64,000 bases of DNA from Centroscyllium fabricii (taxonomy: Eukaryota): the NCBI GenBank assembly GCA_051313645.2, contig JBNRSN020000008.1, positions 29,450,001 through 29,514,000 of the forward strand, in the 5' to 3' direction. Below are positions 1 through 11,127 of this stretch, one piece after another; the stretch's first letter is position 1, and every line of letters begins with the position of its first letter. The notes beneath the pieces are model-generated. The model made no database searches. It saw nothing but the letters and a program-made list of their open reading frames with translations, and was not told the origin of the DNA. Made by a program: the position numbers and the translations under genes.

Positions 1-137
1 TGAATTGGTGTCCAATCCAAGTTGCTTTGCAATTTAGCAGAGTAGCCATTACTGCTTATTAGGGACTTTTATTTTTCTATCTTCTGAGGAGGGATATTTA
101 ACTATTGAAAATCTACAGTGTGTCATTCCTATCGCTC

Positions 138-822
138 ACTTAGCCGTTCAACTGGAGTACTGCGTCCAGTTCTGGTCACCACACTTTAGGAAGGATGTGA
201 AGGCCCTTGAGAGGGTGCAGAGGAGATTTATCAGTATGGTTCCGGAGATGGTGGATCTTAGCTACAAGGACAGGTTGCAGAAGCTAAAATAACAACAGAA
301 AATGCTGATAGGGTCCAGAGCCCGAAACGTCAACTCAATTTCTCTCTCCACGGATGCGGCCTGCCCTGCTGAGTTTTTCCAGCATTTTATGTTGTTATTT
401 CAGATTTCCAGCATCCACAGTATTTTGCTATTATATGGAGAAGCTGAATTTGTTTTCATTGGAGCAAAGAAGGTTGCAGGGTGATTTAATAGAGGTGTAC
501 AAGATTATGATGGGTTTGAATAGGCTAGACGGGGAAAGGCTGTTCCCACTAGTTGATGGTACAAGGACTAGGAGACACAGATTGAAGGTTTTGGGCAGGA
601 GATACAGGGGGGGCGTGAGGAAAAACTTTTTATGCAGCGAGTGGTGAGGGCCTGGAAGTGGTGGAAGTGGAGACACTCAATGTTGTCAAGGGGAGACTGG
701 ATAGGCACTTGAGGGAAATAAACTTGCAGGGTTACGGAGAATGGGACTGACTGGATTGCTCTACAGAGAGCCGGCACGGACTCAATGGGCCAAATGTCCT
801 CTTTCTGTGCCGTTATGACTCA
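138..822 (+). mobile_element. CR1 LINE 3' fragment, interrupted by a Penelope pLTR remnant (about 286-434)
   Basis: LEYCVQFWSP and RRLQGDLIEVYKIM-type CR1 ORF2 C-terminal motifs plus 3' UTR; the insert matches the Penelope terminal sequence at 56270-56378. Confidence 0.8.
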
Positions 823-823
823 T

Positions 824-1423
824 TGGGGGGGAGAATTGGGTTGAGTCCCCTATGGGGCGCTAAATTCACCGGGGGCTACTTTTAGCGCCCCAGCGATGTT
901 AGCGCCCCCCCGCGGCCAAAATTCACAGGTAGCGCCTCTTGGAGCGATGCGAGCGAATGTCAAATTTAAGCAAAGGAGCCCAGCACTCAAGAGTAGTACT
1001 GGGCTCACGGAGCACGGCAGTCACTCCGCGGGGGCGGGCGGGGGGGGTGCTGCTCAGGGGGCTGTGGATGGCAATGGGGAGCAGGTGCTGGCAGGCGGCT
1101 AGCAACAAAAATTGGCCGCCCGGCACCTCCCCTTTCATTTATGCTGCCCCAGGCGCAGGTAGGCCCCCCGCACCCGCGGCCCTGTCTGACATAGCATCCG
1201 GCGGTACGTCAGGGAGCACTACCGAAGATCGTGGCCGGGGCTCGAGTGGGATATTGCACACCGCGATGACGTGATCTATGGCAGCTAACCGCCACCGCTA
1301 ACCTCCTGCTGAATTTCACAGGAGGTGTTGGCGGCGCTGCGCCCAAGCGCTAATTGCTTTGCAGCACGTTAGTACCCTCTTAGGGTGCTAGCAGGAGGTG
1401 AAAATCAACCGAATTTTTAGGCC
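824..1423. mobile_element. Non-autonomous DNA transposon (Harbinger-like MITE)
   Basis: GGGGGGAGAATT ... GAATTTTTAGGCC imperfect termini and GC-rich interior; related to elements at 5582 and 52224. Confidence 0.5.
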
Positions 1424-2291
1424 TATGGCTCTTTGAGCTGCATTTTTTCAATGTAGAGCTTTTGGAAGCAGGACTCCCACTTGTCAGGATTTAGGCCCAC
1501 CTCCATCAAAGTGTGGCCAACCCACGCTATTTTCCCTTGATTGACCATGTTAAGCTCGCCCAGTGGGCTTAGCAGGCCAATTAAGGGAAAGCCGGTTACA
1601 GGTGATGTCAGCGAGTGCCGTTTCATCTATCAAGAGCTTTTGACAGATGAATTGTCATTGTTTGAAAGCTTTGTGAAGCTGTCAAACACTGACAATCTGT
1701 CTTCTAAGTTGAGTCTTTACTCACGACTCAATTAGAAATCCTTGCTGGCCAGAAAGCAGAAGGCTGTAGCTTTTGACAGTTCAGCGGCCTTTTTGCTTTC
1801 TTTGCCGGTGAGCTGAGGGACTCCCGAGACCTGAAGGGAGGAAACCTGAAGGAAGAAGTAAAGGTAAGTAAAACTTAATAAAACACTTTACACTCACCCC
1901 ACACACTTACCTCTGCACACATGCACTCACCACTCACCTGCACACCGGGCATTTCGACCCCTCCGACCCCCACAGACCGATGGCCCACCTCGCTGACCCT
2001 GGCGAGGTTCGGCGCCCACACATCAGGGCTGAAAATAGGGATTCTCCAAAAAACTGCCTGTTAACTATCTGTTAACAAGTAGTTAATTGGCACTAATCCC
2101 CTTCCCACCTCAGGGAGGCGGCTCCCAGCGTGGGCAGTTACCCGCCTCCTGGGAAGATGGCACAGAGGCGGGTTGGGGGTGGGAGGGGTTCCCGCCTTGT
2201 TCTCGTAAAATGTTTGTTGCAACACCTTCCGAAGTTGAGAAAAACCAGGCAAGAGCACGTGCAATAACCAGTAAATCCATGTACAGTAACA

Positions 2292-4091
2292 AGGGGGGCA
2301 ATTTTCTCACTGGAGGTGAGATGGAGGCGGGTTTCGGTTTGGGTGGGTTTGAAACCTGCCACCACTGATAGTTTACAAAGATTTGCGATTTTCCCATGAT
2401 TGGCCACTTTATTTCAGAGGTGTGGGATGCCCTTGGTCAATTAGTGTTTTGGGACTGAAACTCGCCTCTGCTGACTTTTCCAGTCTGATTTCATGGCTTC
2501 TTGCTGCCTTTGCTCATTCCACAGGATTTCTGCCTATGCTGCACCACCTGCAACCTATTCTGAGAAACCACTATGTCCAATTCCAAGACAAGGGCCTCCC
2601 CAAGGCTCTAGGATGAGGGGCTGCAAATGTTGTTTGAGGGGGAGACAACTAGCAGGGAGGTGCGCTTCCACTCATCTGGGAGGAAGAGGCTTCCCAAAGA
2701 AACCAAGGCTGTGTGGGTCCAGCTGGCAAGGGATATAACCTCTAGATCTGTGTGCAGATTGGGTGAATGTTTCTGTGTATAGGTGAAATGCCATTGCTGT
2801 TGGAAAGCATTTAAATGATTTGATGCCAAAATGTTGGCATTGTGGCATCTGTTCTTTCACCTTAGGCAATTCCACATTGAAGGCTCTGCCACACTTACAC
2901 TGTCAGGTTGGTGGCCTGAGTGAAAGGAGGCCAGAGAGTCATGTCCATTGTCAATGATGTCTTAGGATGGAGCCAAGGACTTGTTCCAACTTGGGCAACC
3001 CATGCAAATTTGGCCATGATAAGCTCATCCCTTGCATCCCAGGCAGCCATGTGCTCATGTGCTGCTGGTCGATAGACTGGCATTCTGACCTCATCCTCCT
3101 CTTCCTGCTCCTCCTCCTCCAGATCTTCCTCCTTCACAGCCTCCTCCTCCTCCTCCTCCTCATCTGAGGAGGGCTAGAACTGAGCCACTTGCTCATCAGG
3201 AAGCTGCAAGCCATGATGCTGTGCGATGTTGTACAGTGCACAGCAGTCCACGATCGTTCTGGAGACCCTCTATGGTGTATACTGCAGGACTCCACCTGAT
3301 CGGTCAAGGCAACAGAAGTGCATCTTCAACAACCCAATAGTTTGATCGATGATGGACCTGGTCGAAGTGTGGCTGGCGTTGTAGCGCTCTTCAGCCTCGT
3401 TAGTTGGCCTCCTGATCAGCGTCATTAGCCAATTCTTCAGGGGATAGCCTTTGTCACCAAGGAGCCATCCGTAAGTTGGTTTAGCGGATTGAAAAGCGAA
3501 GGAACACGAGAGTGCCACAGGATGAAAGGGTCATGGCAACTATCACAGAACTTGACACAAACATGCAAGAACTCCTTCTTGTGGTTACATACCAGCTGTA
3601 TGTTGAGGGAGTGAAAGCCCTTTTGGATGACAAAGATAGCTGGGTTGTGATGGGGTGCCCTAAGGGCCACATCTGTGCAGTCTATGATGCCCTGCACCAT
3701 TGGCATGCCTGTCATATTTGCAAAGCCAACCGAATGGGCGGTTATACTTGCTTGATCCCTTGAGAACTAGATGTAATTTTGGGCCTTAGCGAAAAGGGCA
3801 TCGGTAACCTGCGTGATGCAACTGTGGGCGGCCGACTGGGAGATGCCGCTGATGTCTGCTGATGATTCCTGGAAGGAGCCTGAGGCAAACAAGTTGAGTG
3901 CTGTGGTGACTTTGACAGCCACCAGTAAGGGGTGTCCACCCGTTCCTCTGGGCACCAGGTCCTGCTGCAGCAGTCTGCAGATCTCTCAGATAACCTCTCA
4001 CAAAAGTCTCAGCCTCCTTAGGCACAGCTGCTCACTCATGTTGAGGTAGCTCATCCTTTGTCTGTAAACCCTCTGCCAGAAAATTCCAGCC
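2292..4091 (-). mobile_element. Degraded PIF/Harbinger DNA transposon
   Basis: Imperfect TIRs GGGGGCAATTTTCT / AGAAAATTCCAGCC enclose transposase remnants. Confidence 0.65.
2990..4070 (-). pseudogene. Frameshifted Harbinger (HARBI1-like, DDE_Tnp_4) transposase
   Basis: Fragments [56 protein letters not shown]...[10 protein letters not shown] across several frames, ending in an acidic C-terminal tract. Confidence 0.9.
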
Positions 4092-4244
4092 TATACTTTT
4101 TGCAATATTCTTGCACTCTATTCATAACCACATATTAGTGCAGTTATTGTTAAAATACTTCACTGGCATAGCATTAATACAGCTTGATGGGAGCCTCATC
4201 CACCATTTTATAGAAAGAGTTTTTTTCTGATCTTATGACAAATT

Positions 4245-5489
4245 TGAAACTTATTGGATTTTTGAGGAGATGACTAAAGTAGTGGACAGGGGAATCTCTA
4301 TGGATGTTACTTATATGGGCTTCCAGAAGGCATTTGATAAAGTCCCACATCAGAAACTGTAATTAAGGTAGAAGCCATCGGAAATGAGGGCACATTATTG
4401 ACCTGGTTAGGAAATTGGCTGAGCGTCAGGAGACAGAGAGTGGGGATAATGGGTCGGTACTCTGATTGGCAGGAGGTGACTAGTGGTGTCCCGCAGGGAT
4501 CTGTGTTGGGGCCTCAACTCTTCACTGTATTTATTAATGACTTAGATGACACCACAGAAAGTCATATATCCAAATTTGCCGATGTCACAAAGATAGGTGG
4601 CATTGTAGGCAGTGCAGATGAAAGCATAACATTACAAAGGCATATTGATAGATTAAGTGAATGGACAAAACTGTGGCAAATGGATTTCAATGTAAGCAAA
4701 TGTGAGGTCATCCACTTTGGACTTAACAAAGATAGATCAGAGCACTTTCTGAATGGAAAAAAGCTCAAAACAGTGGAGGTCCAAAGGAACTTGGGGGTCC
4801 AGGTGCACAGATTATTAGAACATCATGAACAAGTACAGAAAATAATCCAAAAGGCTAAAGGAATGCTGGCCTTTATATCTAGAGGACTAGAATACACGGG
4901 GGTAGAAGTTATGCTGCAGCTGTACAAAGCCCTGGTTAGACCACACCTGGAGCACTGGGAGCAGTTCTGGGCACCACACCTTAGGAAGGATATACTGGCC
5001 TTGAAGGGAGCGCAGCGTGGGTTTACAAGAATGTACTTGGACTTCAAGGGTTAAGATACGAGGAGAGATTATACAAATTAGGGTTGTATTCGGTAGAATT
5101 TAGAAGGTTAAGGGGTGATCTGATTGAAGTTTTCAAGGTATTAAGGGGAACAGATAGGGTAGATAGAGAGAAACCATTTCTGCTGGTTGGGGATTCTAGG
5201 ACTAGGAGGCAGAGTCTAAAAATTAGAGCCAGACCTTTCAGGAGTGAAATTGGGAAACACTCCTCCACACAAAGGCTGGTAGAAGTTTGGAACTCTCTTC
5301 TGCAAATGGCAATTGGTGATAGATCAGTTGTTAATTTTAAATCTGAGATTGATAGACTTTTGTTAACCATCGGTATTAAGGGATAGAGACCAAAGGCAGG
5401 TATATGGAGTTAGGTCGCAGATCAGCCATGATCTCATTGAATTGCGGAGCAGGCTCGAGGGGCTGAATGGCCGACTCCTGCTCCTATGT
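4245..5489 (+). mobile_element. CR1 LINE 3' portion (RT pseudogene plus 3' UTR)
   Basis: VTSGVPQGSVLGPQLF, SKFADVTK, LYKALVRPHLE, RRLRGDLIEVFK motifs; shark CR1 tail. Confidence 0.92.
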
Positions 5490-5581
5490 GAAGGGTACAA
5501 TGGCAGTTCAATATCTTGCAGTTGCAGCCCCAGCTCCAGTTTCCAGCAGCATCCAACATTCCTCACTCTCAACATATTCAC

Positions 5582-6722
5582 TGGGGGAAACATTCAGTTG
5601 GTTTGCGCCTCCCAGTAGTGTCTTACGAGGGCGCTACTGGGGCGCAAAGCAACTAGTGCCCGTGTGCGGCGATGTTTGCGGCGCTCACGAAATTCACTAG
5701 ACATTTTACGGCGGCGCTAAAAACCACCGCCACCATCTCCTGCGCCGGCAGATTGTGACGTCAGTCGAGTGTGCAGCGCCCCGGTAGCTCCCCGGACCAG
5801 ATATTGAGTGGCGCCCCCTGCCTTACCGCCTGCCGCTAGCAATGACAGGTTGAGAGGAACATTCTGCAGTCAGAAAGGGACTTGAGGAGCGCTATTTAAA
5901 GGGGACCACTTCCTGCCTTTTTTTTGTTGGTGACATTTTTGCACCATGCCTTCTGAGAGAGAGAGACTTCTGGAGAGATTCAATGCTGTGTGAAGGAGTT
6001 TTGGGTGCTGAGCAGCACTTTGCAGGTTCATTTTGATTTGCCCTGTCTTGTATCGATTTAGAAGAGACTGTGGGGGCTGCACTCTCAGCTCTTTCCCTGG
6101 GTCTCTCCATAGTTCTTTCCAGCAGATTTGATGTACAGGTCTCTCCAGGCCGAGATTTAAGGCTGCAATGAGCAGGATGTGGATGGTGAGCAAGATCAAC
6201 CCTCCCCTTTAAGAATTGGATGGTGCCCATGTGTCTGTGTGTGGTGAACCATTTAGTGTGGTTCACACTGTGTTATTATTGTATATAGTTTGTGCTAATA
6301 AATCTGTTCCTTTCTGTAAGGACCTGGACCAGCTGACCCCGCCTCCGGGTATGAGTATAAAGGAGGATGCTCCGCCCACCTGACTCTCATTCCGGGCGGA
6401 CTCATCGCGGACCAGGTCTAGTTCTTAGCTAATAAAAGCCTTCAATTACTTTTCACCAAAGACTGGCGTGATTGATTTGCGCATCACTGTGTTCCATTGC
6501 TGACTGACATCACACGAGCTTCGCCAGCGCTCTGAGGTAACGCCTCACTCCTTGCCTTTGCGCCTTATGACAGTTGTGAAGCACCTAAATTAGCGCTCCA
6601 ATCACCTCCAGGGGTGTTAAAAGACAAGTTTGCCGTCGGGGACAATAATTAGCACCAGACGCTAAACTTTGCGCACGGCCGATAATTGCGCCCCAAACAG
6701 GGCAATACTCAATTTTCCACCC
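5582..6722. mobile_element. Harbinger-like MITE hosting a solo LTR
   Basis: Termini GGGGGAAACATTCAGTT / ATACTCAATTTTCCACCC; long homology to 52224-52875. Confidence 0.7.
6240..6486 (+). mobile_element. Solo LTR (short Gypsy type, TGTGGT... start)
   Basis: TG...CA ends, 5-bp TSD CTGTG on both sides, TATAAA and AATAAA inside. Confidence 0.85.
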
Positions 6723-7593
6723 ATTGTTTCCAGCTTTCAGTTGATTTTGGGATACCCCATTAACTGGTACAAATGAACCATCTCTCAGGATACTTGTTCT
6801 TTAATAATACTAATTTGAACAGGCTAAGTGACAGAGAATGCTTGGATACAGTTTTGGAACACAGACGTTTGTGTTCTGAATGTGTGCGTGGGGTATTACA
6901 CATGGATAATTTGCAAACACTCACTTTGACAAAGATCAAATGTTCTCTCATGTTTTATCAACCACATTGATCATTTCCAAATTCAGCATTTCTGCCACTC
7001 TGCAGTTATTAAATAACCATCCCCCACCCACTCCTTCCCCACACACATCAATCAGTCAAAAGTCCCAGATTAGAGCAGGAACCCATCCCTTGGGAAATGA
7101 CTAGCGTGAATCTAAATCCAACGGCAAGTTACTGCACAGCCTCACTTTCACTCTTTAACTGCATGACATCATTTCTAAATGTGGACACTGGATTAAAAAT
7201 AGGTTTGTGCCAAAACTTCAGAGTGACTACGCGCTGACTGAAACAATTTATCGTTTCTCAGTCACCGACTTCTCGTGCAGGAGCATGGTACTTTCTGCAA
7301 TACATCAAGGACCACACCATAACTCAATAATGTTGGAAGGCAAGCAAGAAAAGAGTGTGATACAAGACATGACTACACTAGTCATTCAGCAGAATCAAAA
7401 TAGGCACTTCGAAACACTTTCTCTCCCATTAGGCAACCAACTTGTCAAATTACTAGCCTAATTCAGTCCTGAAATAAAAAACGACAAGTTGTTAACGAGG
7501 ATATTTCTGTGCTCAACAATTTCTTGAGTTCATGTCGCACTGCTTGCTTAGCAATGCTGTGAATGCTGGGCACTGCACCGCATAAAAGATATA

Positions 7594-7990
7594 TGGGTTG
7601 AGCACCATTATACCGGCACGGGTGGGACTTGGCCCACACCGGTAGAGTGAAAAAAACAGTAGAATGAAGCTGGCCAGTGCGCGCGCACCATTCAAAATGG
7701 CTGCGCGCATGCGCACAACATTGGAAATGGCCGGCGAATGACCTTCATGAGTCTCAGCTGCGGTTTCTGCCTCCTGATGATGGCCTGCAGGCTGCTCTGG
7801 GGAACCGCGCGCTTCACCATGGCGGGCGCTCGGGACCCGCACATTCAAAACGCGGCGCGAGCCGCCACGCCCTGAGGTCACAGAAGGCCCGGCTCGTCCA
7901 GCGGCCGTTTTGAATGATCAGCGCATGCGCTCGCCATTCGGCGGCGCATGCGCAGATCATTCGCTGAAGCATCGATCGCCTTAATACCTA
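7594..7990. mobile_element. Deleted copy of the Tc1/mariner-type MITE seen at 41331-42010
   Basis: Shares GCACCATT.., AGAATGAAG.TGG and CATTCAAAATGG..GCGCGCATGCGCACAACATTGG with the 41331 element; TA-flanked. Confidence 0.7.
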
Positions 7991-8455
7991 TAATTCAGAA
8001 CAAGACACTTTTGCACTGATTATTTTCATGATTTCATTGCAAACTATACTGAATGGGTATGAGCATTATTTCTGTGAAGCACAAAATTAGAGATTTTCAT
8101 GGTTTTAGATCCAATGAAAGCATTCTGCCTAAACTTGGTAAAATTAGGAGGAAGTTGGTTTTCATATAAGAATATTTAATTTTGCTGAAATGACAGTGCC
8201 AGGAAAAACACAACCAAATGATGATCTGATAAGAAAACATGATTGGCATTGGCAACTGAAGGATTAAAGGTTATTCGCTGAATAGAACGATACAGCGATA
8301 CTGTGGGCCAGGACTGCGGCAGATACAAAGGGAAATAAAACCATGAGGAGTTCAGTAACGGCAGAAGCAGAGGGCCTCTCCCAACAGAATGTCCGTTATC
8401 CAACACGCAAACGTCTCCAGTCAGCAACTAAGTAAAGAAACATGACCAAACCCAA

Positions 8456-9110
8456 GTGTATCTTAACGACTTTCAGGCTTGGGCTGATCCATGGCAGGTA
8501 ACATTCACGCCACAGAAGTGCCAGGCAATGACTAAGTCCAACAAGCGAGAGTCTAACCACCGCCCCTTCACATTCAACGGCATTACCATCGCCGAATCCC
8601 CCACCATCAACAACCTGGGGGTCACCATTGACCAGAAACTTAACGAGACCAGCCACATAAATACTGTGGCAACAAGAGCGGGTCAGTGGCTGGGTATTCT
8701 GTGGCGAATGTCTCACGTCCTGAATCCCCAAACCTTGTAGATGGTACACACTGGTACACACTGTTCAAGTTCAAGTTCAATTTTATTGTCACATGCCCAA
8801 ACAAAAAAACAGGACAGTGAAATGCATATTGCTTTCCGAACGCGCCATACAACAACCGCGCAACAAGAACATTAAGGTGTACAGCACGCACGGAACCCGC
8901 AAGATGTCAGCCATTCTCCGGCGCCATCATCGTGGGTCCCGCTTATGCTCCGGCCTCTAGTTCAATGTTAATCCTTTTCCATTCCATCACACTACAATAC
9001 GCCTCTGAATCCAAAGTTTAAATTTAAATTTAAAATTAAAGGCACAAGTAAGGAGTGTGATTGAATACTCTCCACTTGCCTGGATGAGTGCAGCTCCAAC
9101 AACACTCAAG
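8456..9110 (+). mobile_element. LINE (second CR1-group family) 3' region, left part; continues at 23318-23775
   Basis: WQVTFTPQKCQAM, GVTIDQKLN, EYSPLAWMSAAPTTLKK; resumes as LDTIQDKAARLIG after the nested insertions. Confidence 0.85.
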
Positions 9111-9111
9111 A

Positions 9112-9365
9112 AGCACAGAAACACAGAAGATAGGAGCAAGAGTAGGCCATTCGGCCCTTCGAGCCTGCTCCGCCATTTTGATGAGATCATGGCTGATCAT
9201 CCAAACACAGCACCCCCCTCCTACCCTCTCCCCATATCCCCAGACACCCCCAACTCTGAGAACTATATCTCTCCCACATACTCATGGGCAATTTTTAGTA
9301 TCTCCAATTCACCTAACCTGCCTGTCTTTGGGTGATGGGAAGAAACCGGAGTACCCAGAGGAAAC
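9112..9365 (-). mobile_element. V-SINE (3' half), split by the LTR element; 5' half at 23226-23317
   Basis: CR1-derived tail plus V-domain GGAGTACCCAGAGGAAAC|CTACACGAACACGGGG rejoined across the TSD. Confidence 0.8.
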
Positions 9366-11125
9366 TGTAAGGTCGCAATATTCCAAGTCAAAAACGGATT
9401 CACAAAGACCAGAAACGAAGGGATGGAGTAAACATGTTTATTTTATTGAACAATAGCAGAAAGGACAGGCTGCGGCCTGATCAGAGAAAAAGGGGCCTCC
9501 AAGATGGCCGCCGGACCACATGACATATCGGCCAGTATCAAAACGAAACTAAAACCCAATTCGGAAAAAGCCCGCGAAAAAGCCTAGACATGGAGGCGCT
9601 GAAAGCCAGTAAGTAAGTAACCAGCCCCTCAGAAACCGCTTAGCCCCACAAAGAAATGCACCCAGTTAAATAAGCCCCCGATAAAGCTGCAAATATTGAA
9701 ATTACTGGCCCGTTTAGCCAGACACAAGATTTACACAGCAAGCCCGCATTAAAGCGATTTGCACCCTTACAAAACAATGGGAGCTCTAACAGAGAGGTTA
9801 GGGTGCCATCAAACCATTACCAGCAGGCTTGGCTGGACAAAGGAATGCAGTAACCGTTTTTCTAAACACAATACCTGCCTAATGGGAAAGACATTAGCTT
9901 CATAGTATAACTGGCAGGACATTCTACAATTCTCTCCTCTTCTTCTGTGGGCTCTCTGGAGAGGGCTCTCTTCACATCTCTGACTCTCTGGAAGAGGGGG
10001 TCTCTCAAATATCTCGCAGCGTTGAAATCTCTCTTGGGAAAGAGCTCTTGGAGAAGGCTCTTGGAGGCGACCTCTTGAAGCGGTGAGGTCTCTGAATAGA
10101 ACTTTTGAGCTTTAGCAGTAACTTTGGGTGGGCTCTCCGTCTCGAAGACTCCAGTTCAGCTTTCTGGGTGCAGGTTCTGGCAGGACGGTCGAGTTGGGTC
10201 AGGGCAGCATCGCATCGGAAGACCATTGTTGGTGAGGTAGTCGGTGGTTGGGCCCGTATAAAGAAGCGAAGCAAGGCACTGGAGACTGGCATCCGAAGCA
10301 GGGGCCAAAGTGAGTGAGTTAGAAAAGACTTGTTACAGTTGGCTCGAGAGAAACTATCATTCGAAGAGTGGGGAAAGCAAGTAGGCTAGCAGCCCGTTAC
10401 AGTTCGGCTTGAGAGGGCAGGATCGGCATACCCCAGGGTTCGGTTCAGCCAGGGAGACGGTGCGGTTGGTGCGAGGAGGTAGAGCAGCCTCGAGGAACCC
10501 GTCCGGGACCACCCCGAGCAGGAGCGGCCACCGCCCAGAGGGAGAAGACAACAAGTGGACTCCCGAATCTTCCACAGCCACGTGACGACCGACGCTGCAG
10601 CCGAAGAGACGAAGGACTTCGTAGCAGACCCCGAGTATTACCGAGTGGTGAGCATGTGCCCCGATCCTACACACCTGGACATAGCTAGGCAATAGAGGGA
10701 AGGGTGGTTTATTTGGGGTGTATTTGTAGAGTCATTGCCCCGATTTACGATGTGCCGTGCGTTCCCCATCCTATAAGTTACTTGTGTATGTTCATATATA
10801 TATCTATTTGGGAAACAATTGTTTGTGTATCATACTGTGTTGGTCCGATGAAATACAATCTAACTGCTGTACATATACCTTGCGTTGTAATAAAATCATC
10901 CAACTTTGCAACTTTTATTCGAGTCCAAGTCTGAGTCCAATCGGTATCCATCTCGTCTCTCTCTCTCTTTTCCTGCACCTAAGTCCAGCGTCTAGAACCG
11001 TAAGGGTGAGCGATTCGAACCGCTCGCGGGGGAGGAGGTTATTGCGCGAGGCCTAGCGGACTGCTAGCGCAAGGCAGTAACGGACCCCAAGTCGTAAATA
11101 AAACATACGGTGCACGCTCCTTACA
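9366..11125 (+). repeat. 5' LTR (1760 bp)
   Basis: Near-identical to 18578-18901 plus 21770-23221; TGTAAGG/CCTTACA inverted termini; candidate TATA about 9906 and AATAAA about 10889. Confidence 0.95.
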
Positions 11126-11127
11126 GA

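Noticed and set aside
2990-4070. Domesticated HARBI1 gene
   Set aside because: Multiple frameshifts and altered catalytic motifs, within TIR-like ends; a dead transposon copy.
8176-8427. Possible further host exon
   Set aside because: No similarity to the expected next CNTNAP exon (WWVG...YWGG...CACG) and no convincing splice pair.
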